Shown here: one piece after another, positions 37,655 to 50,937 of the stretch
Layout: the number at the start of each line of letters is the position of its first letter
How positions within the stretch are numbered: the first letter of the stretch is position 1
NCBI GenBank assembly: GCA_950097015.1
Contig: CATNEN010000037.1
Location: forward strand, 2,914,001-2,978,000
DNA: 64,000 nt
Source of the DNA: Macrostomum hystrix
Taxonomy: Eukaryota > Animalia > Platyhelminthes
Direction: 5' to 3'
Position numbers and translations under genes: made by a program
Notes under the pieces: model-generated
The model's input: the letters and a program-made list of their open reading frames with translations, nothing else
Databases searched by the model: none
Told to the model about the DNA's origin: nothing

Positions 37655-40481
37655 TCAGAACTCGATCACATCCACAATGTGAACGCTGCGACCATCTTCG
37701 GCTGGCAGCACGCCTTCATCAATCTGCAGGCGACGCTGCTGATGTTGTTGCGGCTCCTGGAGCGGAGCGGCACGTCTGCGGCGATCAACAGGCCTCGGCT
37801 CCGCAGGTAGTGTAACTGCGAACGCAGACAAGGAAGTGCAGAACGGTGGACCGAAGGAAAGTTCACCAGGATACACATTTGACCCATCCCAACACTGGTT
37901 CTCAGATTCTGGCAGAATGGGGATCTGGGAGTGTAACTGCATGAGGATGTGGGAGTGTTAATAGATGAGGATCTGGGAGTGTTAATTGATGAGGATCTGG
38001 GAGTGTTAATGGATGAGGATCTAAAATTTTTAATAGATGAGGATCTGGGAGTGTATCTGGATGAGGATCTGGGAGTGTATCTGGATGAGGATCTGGGAGT
38101 GTTACTGGATGAGGATCTGGGAGTGTAACTGGATGAGGATCTGGGAGTGTATCTGGATGAGGATCTGGGAGTGTTAACGGATGAGGATCTGGGAGTGTAA
38201 CTGGATGAGGATCTGGGAATGTAACTGGATGAGGATCTGGGAATGTCACTGGATGAGGATCTGGGAGTGTTACTGGATGAGGATCTGGGAATGTAACTGG
38301 ATGAGGATCTGGGAATGTTACTGGATGAGGATCTGGGAGTGTAACTGGATGAGGATCTGGGAGTGTTAACGGATGAGGATCTGGGAGTGTAACTGGAAGA
38401 GGATCTGGGAGTGTAACTAGATGAGGATCTGGGAGTGTAACTGGATGAAGATCTGGGAGTGTAACTAAATTAGGATCTGGGAGTGTAACTGAATGAAGAT
38501 CTGGGAGTGACTGGATTGGATCTGGGAGTGACTGTGGCTGGGTCTCCAGGATTTCAAATTAATCTAAGCTCCAATCCATATAAGGCAGGCGCGCAGTCAG
38601 TTTTTAGTGGGAGATGCAATGATTCTATGCTTCAAGGTCAATGCAAACATACACTTTATCAACAGATAAGGGGAACTAGGCTAGCAATAAATTTGTTTCG
38701 CAAGGCCTGCACAACCAATGTCCAGGAAGACAGCCAACTGCTAGCAATACAAGAGTAAGTAAAATTTATGAAGTGGGGAATAAAACTTGTTTTGGATAAA
38801 ATTGGTCCTTGCAACAGCAATAAGGTACTGGTTGGCGTTTGTGCAACAATCAAGAGTCATAGAGCCATAGAAGTGAGAATAATTTAAATTACTAATTACT
38901 AGACATTTCACAGCTGATTGAATTGAATACTCTAACTGGGGCTACAAGCACCATAACAGATAAGCCAGAAAGCCTGACAAAAGAGCCTTACCAGAGCCGC
39001 AGCTGCAGGTACGGCAGCCATTGCTGTCGTGAAGGTAAACACCGCCGGGACACGGGCTGCATTTCAACAACGGACACTCGGCTGACGGCGTCTTCGTCTG
39101 ATTAGCATCGCCGGCGGTAGCATCGCCACCGGAGCGGGCTAGGGACAGGCGGAATATAACAGGCTCAACCTGGTAGGTCTGGTAGCCGCGGCACATGAAC
39201 CAGGCCTGGCTGCCGTAGGACATCAGCTCGTGCTCGCTGATGGCCGGATAGCGAACCATCAGGCGCACAAATTCAACGCTATCCGAGGCGACATCGTGCG
39301 ACTCCTTTGTGGGGCAGCGGAAAGTGTTTTAAATTTCCGAAAATTCTGCAGCTACCGCTTTTCGCACGACGCCAAACAAAACTATAACTAATTGGCTCAT
39401 TCCCCTTCATCGTGTTAAGCCTCAGTGTCTAAAAAGTCCTATGATCTGTTAGAATAATTACAGTAGCAAACTACAAGCAATTGTGCACTAGTCATATCTA
39501 AAAATAGTATTCAAGATAATTAACTTAGATTTTCTGTAGTAAACGAATCCACAATTAAAAAGCGCATTTCAGGTAGACTGGCACAGTGAAGAGAGGTAGA
39601 CTGGGAGAGTGAAGAGAGGTAGCCTGGGAGAGCGAAGAGAGGTAGACTGGGAGAGTGAAGAGAGGTAGACTGGGAGAGCGAAGAGAGGTAGACTGGGAGA
39701 GTAAAGAGAAGTAGACTGGGAGAGTGAAGAGAGGTAGACTGGGAGAGCGAAGAGAGGTAGACTGGGAGAGTAAAGAGAAGTAGACTGGGAGAGTGAAGAG
39801 AGGTAGACTGGGAGAGCGAAGAGAGGTAGACTGGGAGAGTGAAGAGAGGGACGAAGGGAGGCAGAGATACAGGGAGAGGGAAGGGCATATACCAGAACAA
39901 TGTAGCGCAGCAGAGGCAGCAATATGAGTTGAGCTGTGCGCAAAAGTAAGTAAATCAGCATAATTTGCAAATAATTAAGCGAGCATAATCAAGGGCATTA
40001 ATTATGTAAATAGTGAGCTTACCTCAGCCCAACTGGCAACCTTCTGGGCCCAGTTGTGCCTACGCCAGACCGAGTGCTTCACAAAGCACAGCCTAGTCGA
40101 TGGAGCCCGGAGCAGTGTGAAGCCGCGCAGAGGATTGTGCAGAATAGTCGGCCTGCCGTCCGAGTCCCAAGACGGCTGCATTAGGACCCGGCCGGCGCTG
40201 TCGGTGCTAACTAGCTCGGTGCGACTGTCCATTCGGCCGTCAGCGCCGCGAAAGCGCAGCCGGCAGACGAAAGAAGACGAGGCATCGGTTCGACGAGCGG
40301 ACGACGATTGGGCCGAATGGCGCTGGTGCTGGCGCATGCGCAGGCCGATGTAGAGAACGGCGCCAATGTCTAGCAGGAGGAAGACGGCTAGAAGCCAGGC
40401 GAAGATGCGGCAGAGGCGACGGCGCCTGGCAGCCCGGTAGCTGTACAGTTCCACGTACTCAACAGAGTAGGCCGGTGGGCG
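37655..40481 (-). CDS. Type II membrane BRICHOS protein with an antistasin-like module (exons 40481-40023, 39304-38992, 37908-37655; 5' exon not found)
   Basis: TM segment IFAWLLAVFLLLDIGAVLYIGL; BRICHOS-like ILHNPLRGFTLLR...RLCFVK and ELMSYGSQAWFMCRGYQTY; CPLLKCSPCPGGVYLHDSNGCRTCSC antistasin-like pattern. Splice phases 0 and 1 fit. Confidence 0.75.
37915..38532 (+). repeat. 24-bp intronic minisatellite
   Basis: CTGGATGAGGATCTGGGAGTGTAA units, roughly 25 copies. Confidence 0.96.
39571..39850 (+). repeat. 23-bp intronic minisatellite
   Basis: GAAGAGAGGTAGACTGGGAGAGT units, roughly 12 copies. Confidence 0.95.
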
Positions 40482-40828
40482 CTGACGAAGAGTTAATGTT
40501 GAATAAAATTTAACTAATCGTAGTTGAGCATTAATGATTATATAATACTGGGTTGACTTAAGGAAAATTATTAAAATTTATAAAAAATCTGGTAGCAGAT
40601 CTCAGCAAAACATTTGCTCATTGGCAATTTATCATGAGCACTAAAAGCTATTGGTAAAACAGAGGCTTTCTATTCGAATCTTTCTCTTTATTGGTTAGGT
40701 ACTAAACAATAATCGCAATTCAAATGTCTAAATTTAATTGGTTTATTTTCTGCTTTTAATTTGACTCATATGTTCTCAAATTCGTCTCATATTGGCACTT
40801 ATATCTCATAATCATATGGGTATATTAA

Positions 40829-41429
40829 CAGTAGGACTACCAAGCCATTTTGCCGCCCGTTTTTATACCAAGGGGGGATTTCCCCTCTGAAAATGTTTTT
40901 GCCAGCGGCTGAATGCTTTGGGGGTGACTGATTGGTTGACAGACTAGTCGAGGGTGTCCTGTGGTTGAGCTGCGCCTAATAGTAAGGCTTGAACAGTGAA
41001 ATTGGAGAAATTCGCGTCAGGGTGTCCACAGTGGCCTAGTTCCACCTGTTGTAGCTCTTGAAGGTCTAGATAGATAAGAGAGATAGATCTAGATAAAGGT
41101 CGGTGACCGCCGAAGTCGGAGATGATGCAAGCACATTCGGGTGACATGCTGATAAAGTTTGAAGGTCTGGAAAGGCCGCACTAAGGCGCAGTGCAAATTC
41201 GTGTATGGGGGTGTATGAAATACACTAGCTCTTATGGGAAAAATCGGACCTTCGGCGAGAAATATTGAATATCTCGACGGTCTGAAGAGCTAGCGACTTG
41301 TTTCTTGTTTCAGAAGATGCGCAACAAAAAGTTGGCCCGTGTTCTTGAGTTTCGTGTGCTTGCATTGTTCCGTTCGGGTGCAGCAAAAAATGGTCAGGGA
41401 GGGGGAATTCCCCCTTGGTAGTTCTACTG
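40829..41429. mobile_element. Complete non-autonomous TIR element (601 bp) flanked by TTAA
   Basis: TIRs CAGTAGGACTACCAAG / CTTGGTAGTTCTACTG (1 mismatch). TTAA at 40825-40828 and 41430-41433. Confidence 0.85.
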
Positions 41430-42102
41430 TTAATGAGTACTGTAGAAACTTAAAGATAACGAAAAACTTTATTTGAGATACGAAATTTACCGACCCGATT
41501 TCATACCTGTTAAATATTTGTTACCCGAAAACAAAGATAAGAATATGGAGCACCACTAAATTATCATACTAATTAGTCATCATTCAGATGTATATTCTAC
41601 GGATTACGGATAGAAGAGGATTAGTTTGCATACATATACTCCAAGCTAAGTAAACAGTCAATTCACATCCTAGTCATCAGAAAGAAAGACAATACTAGTG
41701 TACGTTTCAAACCCGTATTTTTGTGGCAGACTTCTAAGAGCCGCACTTTTTTGTTTAGCTAGTATGTGGCATAGTTTATAAGGACCATAGGTGCGTCAAA
41801 ATTCTGCCTAGAGGTTTAGCATGGAGACCTGAAATTGGGTGACGCCCTCGAGAACAGACGCTAGTTAATTAGGTGTGTGTGTGTGTGTTGAAGTTGGACA
41901 GGGCGGAGTGTGCAGTTTAGCATATATTGGCAGCCGACACGCCCGGCCGTAGATTTCCAGTATCCAGTGAGAGAAATTTGAGAGTAGCCTTGAGATTAAC
42001 CATACAATTTGTACAAAGTATATTACACAGTCGCGGGAAAACTTGATTTATCTATAGTTTAACTAGGATAAATTAATGACCTATGAATTACTTATATAAT
42101 AA

Positions 42103-42378
42103 GAATAATAAAAATAATTATAATTCGACAGCACAGCCGCAGCAATTGCGTGGCGCATCTAAAGGCTGCGTACGACTGTTCAGTCCATGGACTGGGGGGA
42201 CGCCCCACCCACCCTCAATTACCACAGCTAAAGCTGGTATCCATTTAACAGCTGTGTGAACTGAAGCAATGCAGAGTTAAGTGTCTTGCCAAAGGACAAA
42301 CATTGTTCCAATGGAGTCGGGAATCAAACCCCCGACCTTCAAGTCATGAGTCAGACGCTCTAACCACAAGGCTTCAAC
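42103..42378 (-). mobile_element. SINE family A
   Basis: Reverse-complement match to 23040-23330. Confidence 0.85.
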
Positions 42379-43223
42379 TTAGATTATAGAACATCATAAT
42401 TAATCAGCTAAAAAGTTAAGTCACTAAAATCGAAAAAACCGCTGTCGCATCCTATTTTGTCTGCCTCTTCAGACAGTAAAAGCTTAAATTTTTGTTGACT
42501 AGCTTCTAGCTTCCTACTTAAAGTAGCACACAGTTGTACACAGTGACAACTAAAATTAACTTTTTTCTCGCTTTTACACTACGAGTTCCACTTTTACACT
42601 CACTCGTAAGTTCACTTATCACAGATTAGCCACCTGGCTGCTACAACAAGATATCTTGTTTACTGCCACCGTGTCATGTCATCCCTGGATGACCATGTCA
42701 TCTCTGGCTTTCCGCAGCCTGCCAATTTGCAGTCAAGTTCTGCTGCCTTTGTACGGTCTAAAAATGCAGAATTTCGAAGGAAAACAAAGTGGAACAAGGA
42801 CAGTTTTCTTGTTGGACAGCGCTGACTCGGCAGAATACAGACAGATTCTGCGTGTTTGCCGAGGCGGTGGCATGCAGGTTGTCCCGAAACTAACAAGCAT
42901 TTTAGCTTAGACTGCCAGTATAGATGGCATCGATCCCCTGGACCCCGCTTTGCACCCTTACTTGACCAACCGAAAAAGCATTCGTTGGTTACACAAACTG
43001 GGTTTTCACCTAACGATTTTGGCTGCTTGAATTCCCTGGATTGTGTAGATAAACAGTCTGGCGGCAGCAAGACGTTTCTGAAGTTTTTTAGTTTTTGAGG
43101 ACGCGGGGCTTAGCAACGTGGAGCTACTCCTGGCAGTGTTCACGCAGGTGCTGCTGCTGCAGACCGAGCTCATTTCGGTGCAGAAAATCAGGGAGCAGAT
43201 TTTCAGCAAGTTGAGGGCCCCGA

Positions 43224-44230
43224 ATGTTCAGATCAATGCGGTGTCTGATGGAAGCCAACAACTTGAGGTTTATTGGTAACATTATTGCTGATGAAGGAAT
43301 TAAACCCGATCTAAGCATGGTGAAACCTGCGATGGATGTCGAGGTGCCGATGACCAAAAATGATCTGGACAGATTTCTAGGACTTGCTCAGCACTATGGA
43401 CGGTGGGTTTTTTAAGATTTCTGAGAAACGTTGGCCGCTTTAGGAGCTTTCCCGCGGTGACCGAGTCTTCGAGTGGAACGCTGCGGCTGAGATAGCATTT
43501 GCGGAGGCCTCACCTCGAACCCCAGCATTAAACCGTTCGATGCGCACCTGGTGCTATTGTTTGGCTGCTGAGCGAGCTGGGAAAATGTTACTAGGGAAGA
43601 AATTTATTCTGCAGACTGACCACGAGCCTTTCAAGTACATCATGAGTCCCAGCAAGAATCTTCCAAATGCAGTTTCTGCTAGGCTAACTCGCTGGGCTCT
43701 GCGGTTGTCGGCCTATGATTACGAGATCGAATATGTACCGGGAAAGAAAGTGCCGGATCCTAACGCATTATCAAGACGAAGCTTGTTACTGACGGAGGCT
43801 TATTTACCATACAGGAGCTGAGAGAGAGTACTACCCGATGCTCGCTGCTTCAAGGACTCCAGTAGAGAATCAGGACAGGCCGGTGGGGTCAGGTCTCTCA
43901 GGCGGAGCGGCCTTACAAAGCGTGTCGGGAAGCACTGTCAGTGGAGAACGAGCACGTCATTCATGGCATCAGGGTGATACCTACGACCATCCTGTGCTCG
44001 TGCAGGATTTTGGAGACCGCGCATTAAGAGGTGCACCCTCTTACTGATGCTGGTGTATCTAAAGAGTTCTGGTGACCTGGACTTGATCGCGATGTGCGTC
44101 AGTTCGTTGAACCATGTCAGCTGTGTGCAGAAAGACGGCCTGTAATTCAGCGGAAAATAGACATCTGCCCCACCGAGAGTGAGCCGTGGTCTCGAGTCCA
44201 CATAGACCCCCGTGGGGTGCCAGGAGTTTT
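43224..44230 (+). pseudogene. Degenerate Ty3/Gypsy pol fragment (end of RT, RNase H, start of integrase)
   Basis: Broken ORFs LRFIGNII...RFLGLAQHY, FILQTDHEP...RWALRLSAYDYEIEYVPGK, CQLC...EPWSRVHID, with stops and frameshifts. A different family from the intact element. Confidence 0.88.
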
Positions 44231-47180
44231 AGAAAGTGTGCGTGGCTTAAGTTTACTAAAGAAATTCGCAATGGGAGCCTTTGATTTAAAGTCTCATCAC
44301 CTGGACCATAGACATTTACACTTATTATCTGGAGCTGAAGTTGCCAAATGGCATGAAATTAAGCCATTGGTCATGTAATGTTAAAACTTTATACTCTTTC
44401 CTACTACATGACTTAGCTATCACAAGTATGGCATAACTAACATCTCCTTGACTATGGGGTGTAATGGCATCTTAGGATAATGTGTAACCTGTGCTACATA
44501 GTCAGGAAGGTGGCAATTTGGTTGGAAAATTCTGGCTTGTGTAAACTGACCTCTGGCATACACAGTGCACATTGGCTCACATTTATAACACACCAGCAAA
44601 AACTGGCACACATCAGCACAATCAAAGCATAACATGGCACAACTAGCAAGGCTGAAGCCTAAGCTGACTATTGTGCATTAGTGCTACTTGTTTTTCTTTG
44701 CATTTTTTACTTTCAAATATATGGTTAGTTACAGTTTAGCTAGTCAACAGCATAATTGTAGCATCATTTGTCAAGACTTTTGTTTGTTTCCTTTATTGTT
44801 GTATGGCATCACAAAGTGATTTAGTGTAGGCACACAATGCACAATGTGGTCTTTAGCAACAGCACACAGTGCACAATTTGGTCTTTACTCTTTAGTGTTA
44901 GCACACAGAGCACATTTTTATTGATCAAGATTTTTCTAATGGGCTAATTTCCAAAGCAAGGCCACATTTATTTTGGTACAACAGTGGCAAGCAAGCTTGA
45001 AGACTTGTGCAATTTTTTATTTATGCCTTTAAGGGTCAACCTCTAAGGCAAAGTGAAGTGTAGACTGACTGACAATAAGAAAGCCAGGGCAAATGTATAT
45101 ACTACACATGTGTGAGCATGTGCCTACATACAATAACAATATCTATGTACATGTGTGCTCAGGAGTCAGCAAAATGGCGGAATTCTTTATTGTTGGCTAT
45201 TAGTATAGTGAAACCAAACGATATCCCATATCCCATTGAAATTACAGTTCCTGAACAGGTCATCATCTGATTTTTCATCATTAGGATGACAGTGCCCCAG
45301 GGTCTAGGAGGGTGGATGAACATAGTGACCAAGACTTGTAGACACTTCCACTATCTTTATGATTTATAGCAAGGTGCATATCCAACTGATGCCAGCAAGC
45401 CTATTGTTATTTAATTTCTGTCTTTATGCATTGCACAATTTTTAAACAAAACAAACAAAACTTAAAAAATTGAATTTTGAAATTTGAGTTTCAAATTTAA
45501 CACCTCAATTAATCAGCAACCAAGTAATTTTCTTTGTTGTTAACTTAAACATTTATATTTTTAGATATCCAGTCTATCTAAAAATGTACCAGCTAACTAT
45601 GTAGGACTATAATGACAACTTTTCTTTTTATGGTATGAATTCAAATTTGATGAGTTTAAACACTTGTGATTGCCTGGAACACTCACAGTTTGCACTCAGT
45701 TTTTTGTATAGGGCCTACTAGGCCTATACACATTGGGATATATAAATAAAGTCAACACTGTAGGCCTAGTTTCTATTGATAGGTGACAAAAAGACCTAAA
45801 TTTAACTTTAGGATTTGCCAATTGGCTAGATGACAAAGTGTCCAATCTGAAAGTACATGACTAAAGTGTTATGATGACAAAGTGTCCAGGAACCAAAATT
45901 ACTAACTGGCAATATTGTTAAAAACGTATATTTATGAATCTATAAATAGTAAAATTGAGTGTTAAAAATTCAATGTTGAAGCATTCTGTAGAGTGGTAGA
46001 GTTTTCTGGCACTGGCAAAAAAAGAATTATTAACTAAATTTAGCCTCTGACACACAACTTGTATGAAGGGCATTATGCCATGGGAACAAAAGTATCTGTG
46101 AAACTGTAAGTGTATAGGCCTAGTTTCATTTACATATATTTTATAGGTATAAACTTTTGTCTAAATAGGCCCTACATATTTTTGTACCAAAAAAGCAGCA
46201 CATACTCTGTTTTTAACTTAATCATAATGGCAAGACTTTACACTATCGTTATTATAAATTTTAAATTATAAATTAAATTAAGCTAGTTATAAGTCAGGAA
46301 CAAACATGTCATAAACAAATACATAGGCTTAGATTTATGCATTAAGCTATTCTGCATTTCTAATACTGTTAGGTCTATGCATACTCACGCCTGCGGTCGG
46401 ATGTTCCTGCTGGCCAACTGCACTCGCAACAATAGCGCTATTAGTATTGGTAAGCAAATCAACTTTCGTTTCATCTGGCTTTGATGGCTCAGATTTTACG
46501 TCAAGGAAACTAGTCAACGTCATATTCGCTCCGATTTTGATATAGGATAGAAGTAAAAAAGGTTAAAAACACGTAGAGTCTAGCGAAGCGACAATTAGTT
46601 CAGTTAAATGACGGATTGGGTATTAAAATTAGATTGAAGAGTAATTGTATTTAATAATATTCAAGTTTACATTTACTTCTACTAAGATTAGTCGATTTAA
46701 AAGTCGAATAAATTTATAATTTTGTACTAAATATACTTTTGTAGAGTTAAGTATAACAATTTACTACAAAAATAGAACACTAGTTGATATAAGTATATTT
46801 GAAAACAAAAACTATTTGCTCTATTTTACTGAAGGATTTGTTAACATTACCTGCACTGTTTTTAGTTTTCTGTAAAAATTCTGTGTACAATAACGATACT
46901 TCAGCTTTGTCATACAAACTACAGAAAGTCTGCTGTAAAAAGGAAAATTTTCGAAGAATCGAGAATACTAAACAAAAAGAATATAGGAAAATATGTGGCC
47001 ACGAGCCGCTTGACTTTTTCTATCTGTATGTCGTGCACTGCACGAATGCATTTAATTTTACAAATTAACTATCCTTGGAGGAGGGAAACATCATTAAGAA
47101 ATTACAAATAACCATGTCGTCATAAAATTGACATAAGGTGATAATTGATAAAAATTGATTTACATAGCTTTACTGACTGC

Positions 47181-47801
47181 TTAATTAGATATCAATGACA
47201 ATTTAGTTGTCAGCAGACTGACGAAGTGACGACGAAACGCACGGATCTGATCTCCATGGATGGGTTTAGCTGCAGGACTGGCCGGGCTATCTTCTGCTAC
47301 AGTGTCGAGCTGTTTGTCCAGCGCGATCTCGTAGGCGCCGAATACCGAAGCCACTATTAGCGCAATGGTCAGAAAGATCAGCATTGAGTAGATCCAGATC
47401 GAGCTTTTCAGTACTAGAAGCATTGCGACGACGCCTCGCCAGACGATGTAGCGCCATTCAATCTGGTAGACGGGCGCCAGAGTCTCCTGAGGTTCTAGCA
47501 GTCTTAGACTGTACTCGAAGGGATTTCTTTGAGGCAACAGAAGGATAAGTATGATCGAGAAAACTGAGTTAGCCAGGACACCACAAAAGCTACCCCAGAA
47601 CAGAAATCGGTGGCGACGACAGCTCATGGACCAGAACCGGCTGATGCAGTCGCTGTACGGGCCCCACTGGCTTAGACTGGTCAAAGCGGCGTCAACCAAT
47701 CGAAAGAAGTCGACAAACTGACCAGCAGAGCTCAGGTAAATACAGATAGACTGGGAGAAACCACAGTACAGGTAGAATAGGATCAGAGTTGTTGACAGCA
47801 T
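47181..47801 (-). CDS. Putative multi-pass membrane protein or exon; start unresolved
   Basis: 206-aa open frame with several hydrophobic segments and a GC-richer composition. No family recognised. Confidence 0.35.
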   Translation of the reverse strand: MLSTTLILFYLYCGFSQSICIYLSSAGQFVDFFRLVDAALTSLSQWGPYSDCISRFWSMSCRRHRFLFWGSFCGVLANSVFSIILILLLPQRNPFEYSLRLLEPQETLAPVYQIEWRYIVWRGVVAMLLVLKSSIWIYSMLIFLTIALIVASVFGAYEIALDKQLDTVAEDSPASPAAKPIHGDQIRAFRRHFVSLLTTKLSLISN

Positions 47802-48049
47802 TGCTGCAAGCCCGGGAGCAAGCCCGGGAGCAGGCCAAGCCAGGCAAAGTAGGTAAAGTAGGGATGGAGGATGCTGCAGGTGCTGTCAGCGTTGCCAACC
47901 AGAGAGTCACTGGGTCGAACTGAGGAGCTGGGTGGCTCATCTTCGTCCTTGGCTGTACGTCAACCTCAGGAGATTTCGGTTCCGGGTGGATGCCATTTGC
48001 CACCAGGATTTTAGTCGCGAGACGAGGACTGGACATGTCTGTTTTTGAG

Positions 48050-48265
48050 GAGATGAGTGGCGGAGCGGTTAACGCATTTGCTTCTCGCACAAAGGTCCCC
48101 GAGTTCGATTCGGTGGCGAGGCCAGATTAATTGCGGGCTCAGGCTTAGGGGCTTGTCGTGCAATGTAAAGGCAAACCTCCAAGGCACAGTGAGGGTATAC
48201 GGGGCAGATTAATTATTATTGGTTTACGTACGATATCTGTGTGCGTGGACGTGTGCTAAGGAGTC
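48050..48265 (+). mobile_element. SINE family B
   Basis: TGGCGGAGCGG A box, GTTCGATTC B box, and a body shared with the other B copies. Confidence 0.7.
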
Positions 48266-49015
48266 AGTGGAATGGGTAGAACTGCCTCTCGCTGGCTGCG
48301 TGTCTACTGTCACAAAATGACTTGCTAGTGCCTAGAGCCCTCCTGCAAAATATAAAAATATAATGTCGGCCTACTAAACTGGATGTTATTCACTAGTTAG
48401 CCGGACATGAGGCGTTTTGTGTAAAATGGTCCAAGTCTTTTGTGCTCATCTAATCGATGCAGCCTTAACTATAAAGCTTTTTAAGGTTCACCCAACTTGA
48501 CTTGCTAACATGAGAGCCATTCAATGCTAAATAACTCGATCGACATTCTCCTGATACCAAAGTACGCTCAATCTTGTTAGGATTGTTGTTCGAATGAAAA
48601 ATGCACTAAAATTTCATTGTTGAGCGCCAGACACGCAAGTTACAAATGATCGTAACATTTGACAATGATGGGAGGGCCCGTATTTCTGAAGATCTGCTCC
48701 AGAAAATGCTCATGCTTTGTCGAAGCCTATATAATCAAGGAAATGGCTATAGCTTTCTGAACAATGCGACTTGGAGGGACAGTCCTCTTATGCAGTCGCA
48801 GGTAAAGCCCTATACGAGCGTATTGTATTGTCACAATGCAGCTATCTCATTACCTTGCAGAGATTCTCAATCTCTTTGCAAGTTAGTTTTGCAGCCAAAA
48901 TATCACTAGAATGAAACACTTCCTGCTGTCTAACTTTATGTATTGCATCAGCAGATTTCGAATCGCAAGAATGAGAGCGGTGAAAGACCTGCCATGGCAT
49001 ATAAAGATCGATGCC

Positions 49016-49355
49016 ATTCAACACACAAATGGTCCAACACATATGGTCCAACACATATGGTCCAACACATATGGTCCAACACATATGGTCCAACACATAT
49101 GGTCCAACACATATGGTCCAACACATATGGTCCAACACATATGGTCCAACACATATTTTCCAACATAATGGTCCAACACACAAATGGTCCAACACATATT
49201 TTCCAACATAATGGTCCAACATAATGGTCTAACACATATGGTCCAGCACATATATTCTCCATCACATTGGTCCAACACATATGGTCCAACACATAAGGTC
49301 CAACTCATATTTTTCGACACATATGGTCCAGCACATGTGGTCCAACACATATGGT
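49016..49355. repeat. 14-bp tandem repeat (GGTCCAACACATAT)n
   Basis: About 10 near-perfect units followed by degenerate ones. Confidence 0.95.
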
Positions 49356-50937
49356 CTAAAGTGCTAAATCTATGAGTCCTCAAGTTCGAGAGATGTTATA
49401 CTAGCTAGATACACATTAAGAAATCAATGCAGTACTTCTCAGGATCATATAGAACCTATGATAATGAGGCATGAATAGAGATATAGATAGAGATAAGAGA
49501 TTTCACCATTTAATTCCAAGTTTCAGCATGTTTATTATTGTACTCGTACGTTAACAACAGACAAACTGCCTGTGTAAAAATTTCGCAATCAAAAACATAT
49601 GCTTACCTCAGGAAGGTCGGAGCTGCTTGGAGTAAAATCTGTGCTGAAAAGCGGAGAAATCTTTCCTCAGATTTTATCCCAACCTCTGCAACCGCTATCG
49701 ATGGATGCAGGCAGATATTTACTTTTTGTCATAGCCGACCAATCAAAAAGCCAGAAGACCGTTTCAACAGCGAATCAGATTTCTTAGATCTCGAAACGGT
49801 CAGATAATCCTCTGTGGAGCCTGTGCCATACGACTGGCACTGAACTGAGTCTGTTTAAACAAGTTGATGCTAAATATCAATTGTTTACTTAATGCACTGC
49901 TGAGTCGCTTTGTTTAGATTGAACAGTAAGTTGAACTGGGATCTTCAGCAGCACAGGCTGCTCAAATATTTGGCCGTACTTTTGATCCTCATCTATAATA
50001 TAGTTACTCAAAAAGAAGAAGACAATAATAGAGAACAACCCACTGGCTGTTTGCTTGATGCACGAGCTCCGATATAAAATGACACTTGTTTGAGGTCAAT
50101 TTTCTAAGACGATGTCAATTTAGATTACGAGTGAGAGTAAATGTACTCATATAGATGTTGTCTCTTGAAATATTCTTACGCCAGACTTTGCAAAACAATG
50201 TAATTATAATTATATTTGCAGCAGGACTGCGCAAACTAGTACATCAATTCTACCCATTCCGCTGACTCATGAGCACACACGCACTGTAGATACTGTACCC
50301 ACTCACAATCACACAGGGCTGTAAATCTGCTGTGCCTTGGAGGTTGGCCGTCAAGGGCGTAAATCGAATGACAAGCCTCCAAGAGACATTGCGAGAACAT
50401 TCTCGTAATGTGACCTCGCTTCGGAATCGAGCTCAGGCGAACGCGTTAGATAGTTTTGCTACTCATACCCCAGCATTTTCAGACTTTGTAAGTAATCTTA
50501 AGTCTTGTTGTGCTTATTCAATAAAAATCTGAATCGTTATTTTCATCTACAGAATATAATTCAATATTCTTGTGGACAAGATTACGTACAGAAGTTTTTT
50601 TCAGTGAAGTTTGGGAAAATTTCAGCCTCGAGCGCGAATTATTTGGCCGTATTTAGCGGCAGCGACAACTCCATACTTTATGATAACAGTAACATATAGA
50701 TTTTACCTACAAGAAAGCAAATTCAAAAATTATTTTGCTCAAAGAATTGCGCAAAGACTGTCAGTCACTTGGCCCATATAAATACTTAGGCTTAGATCCT
50801 TGATGAAACAAAAAATCACAAAAAGAAACTATAAAATCACGAATTAGCTATTCATGAGCTATATTAGGAAATCTCTTTTTAATACGGTTGCTTCAACTGG
50901 TAGACAGCTCCGTAGCTCTCAAATCTCAGCTTCGACT

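Noticed and set aside
37902-39970. TLPDPHPV, MRIWEC and similar repeat ORFs
   Set aside because: Produced by the intronic minisatellites.
42656-43209. Possible 5' exon(s) of the BRICHOS gene
   Set aside because: No phase-0 exon with a convincing start and donor could be identified.
48842-49383. Overlapping repeat ORFs (HMVQHIWSN etc.)
   Set aside because: Produced by the 14-bp tandem repeat.
48646-49807. Possible plus-strand exons around the 14-bp repeat
   Set aside because: Some GT/AG sites are present, but no coherent model or recognisable product.
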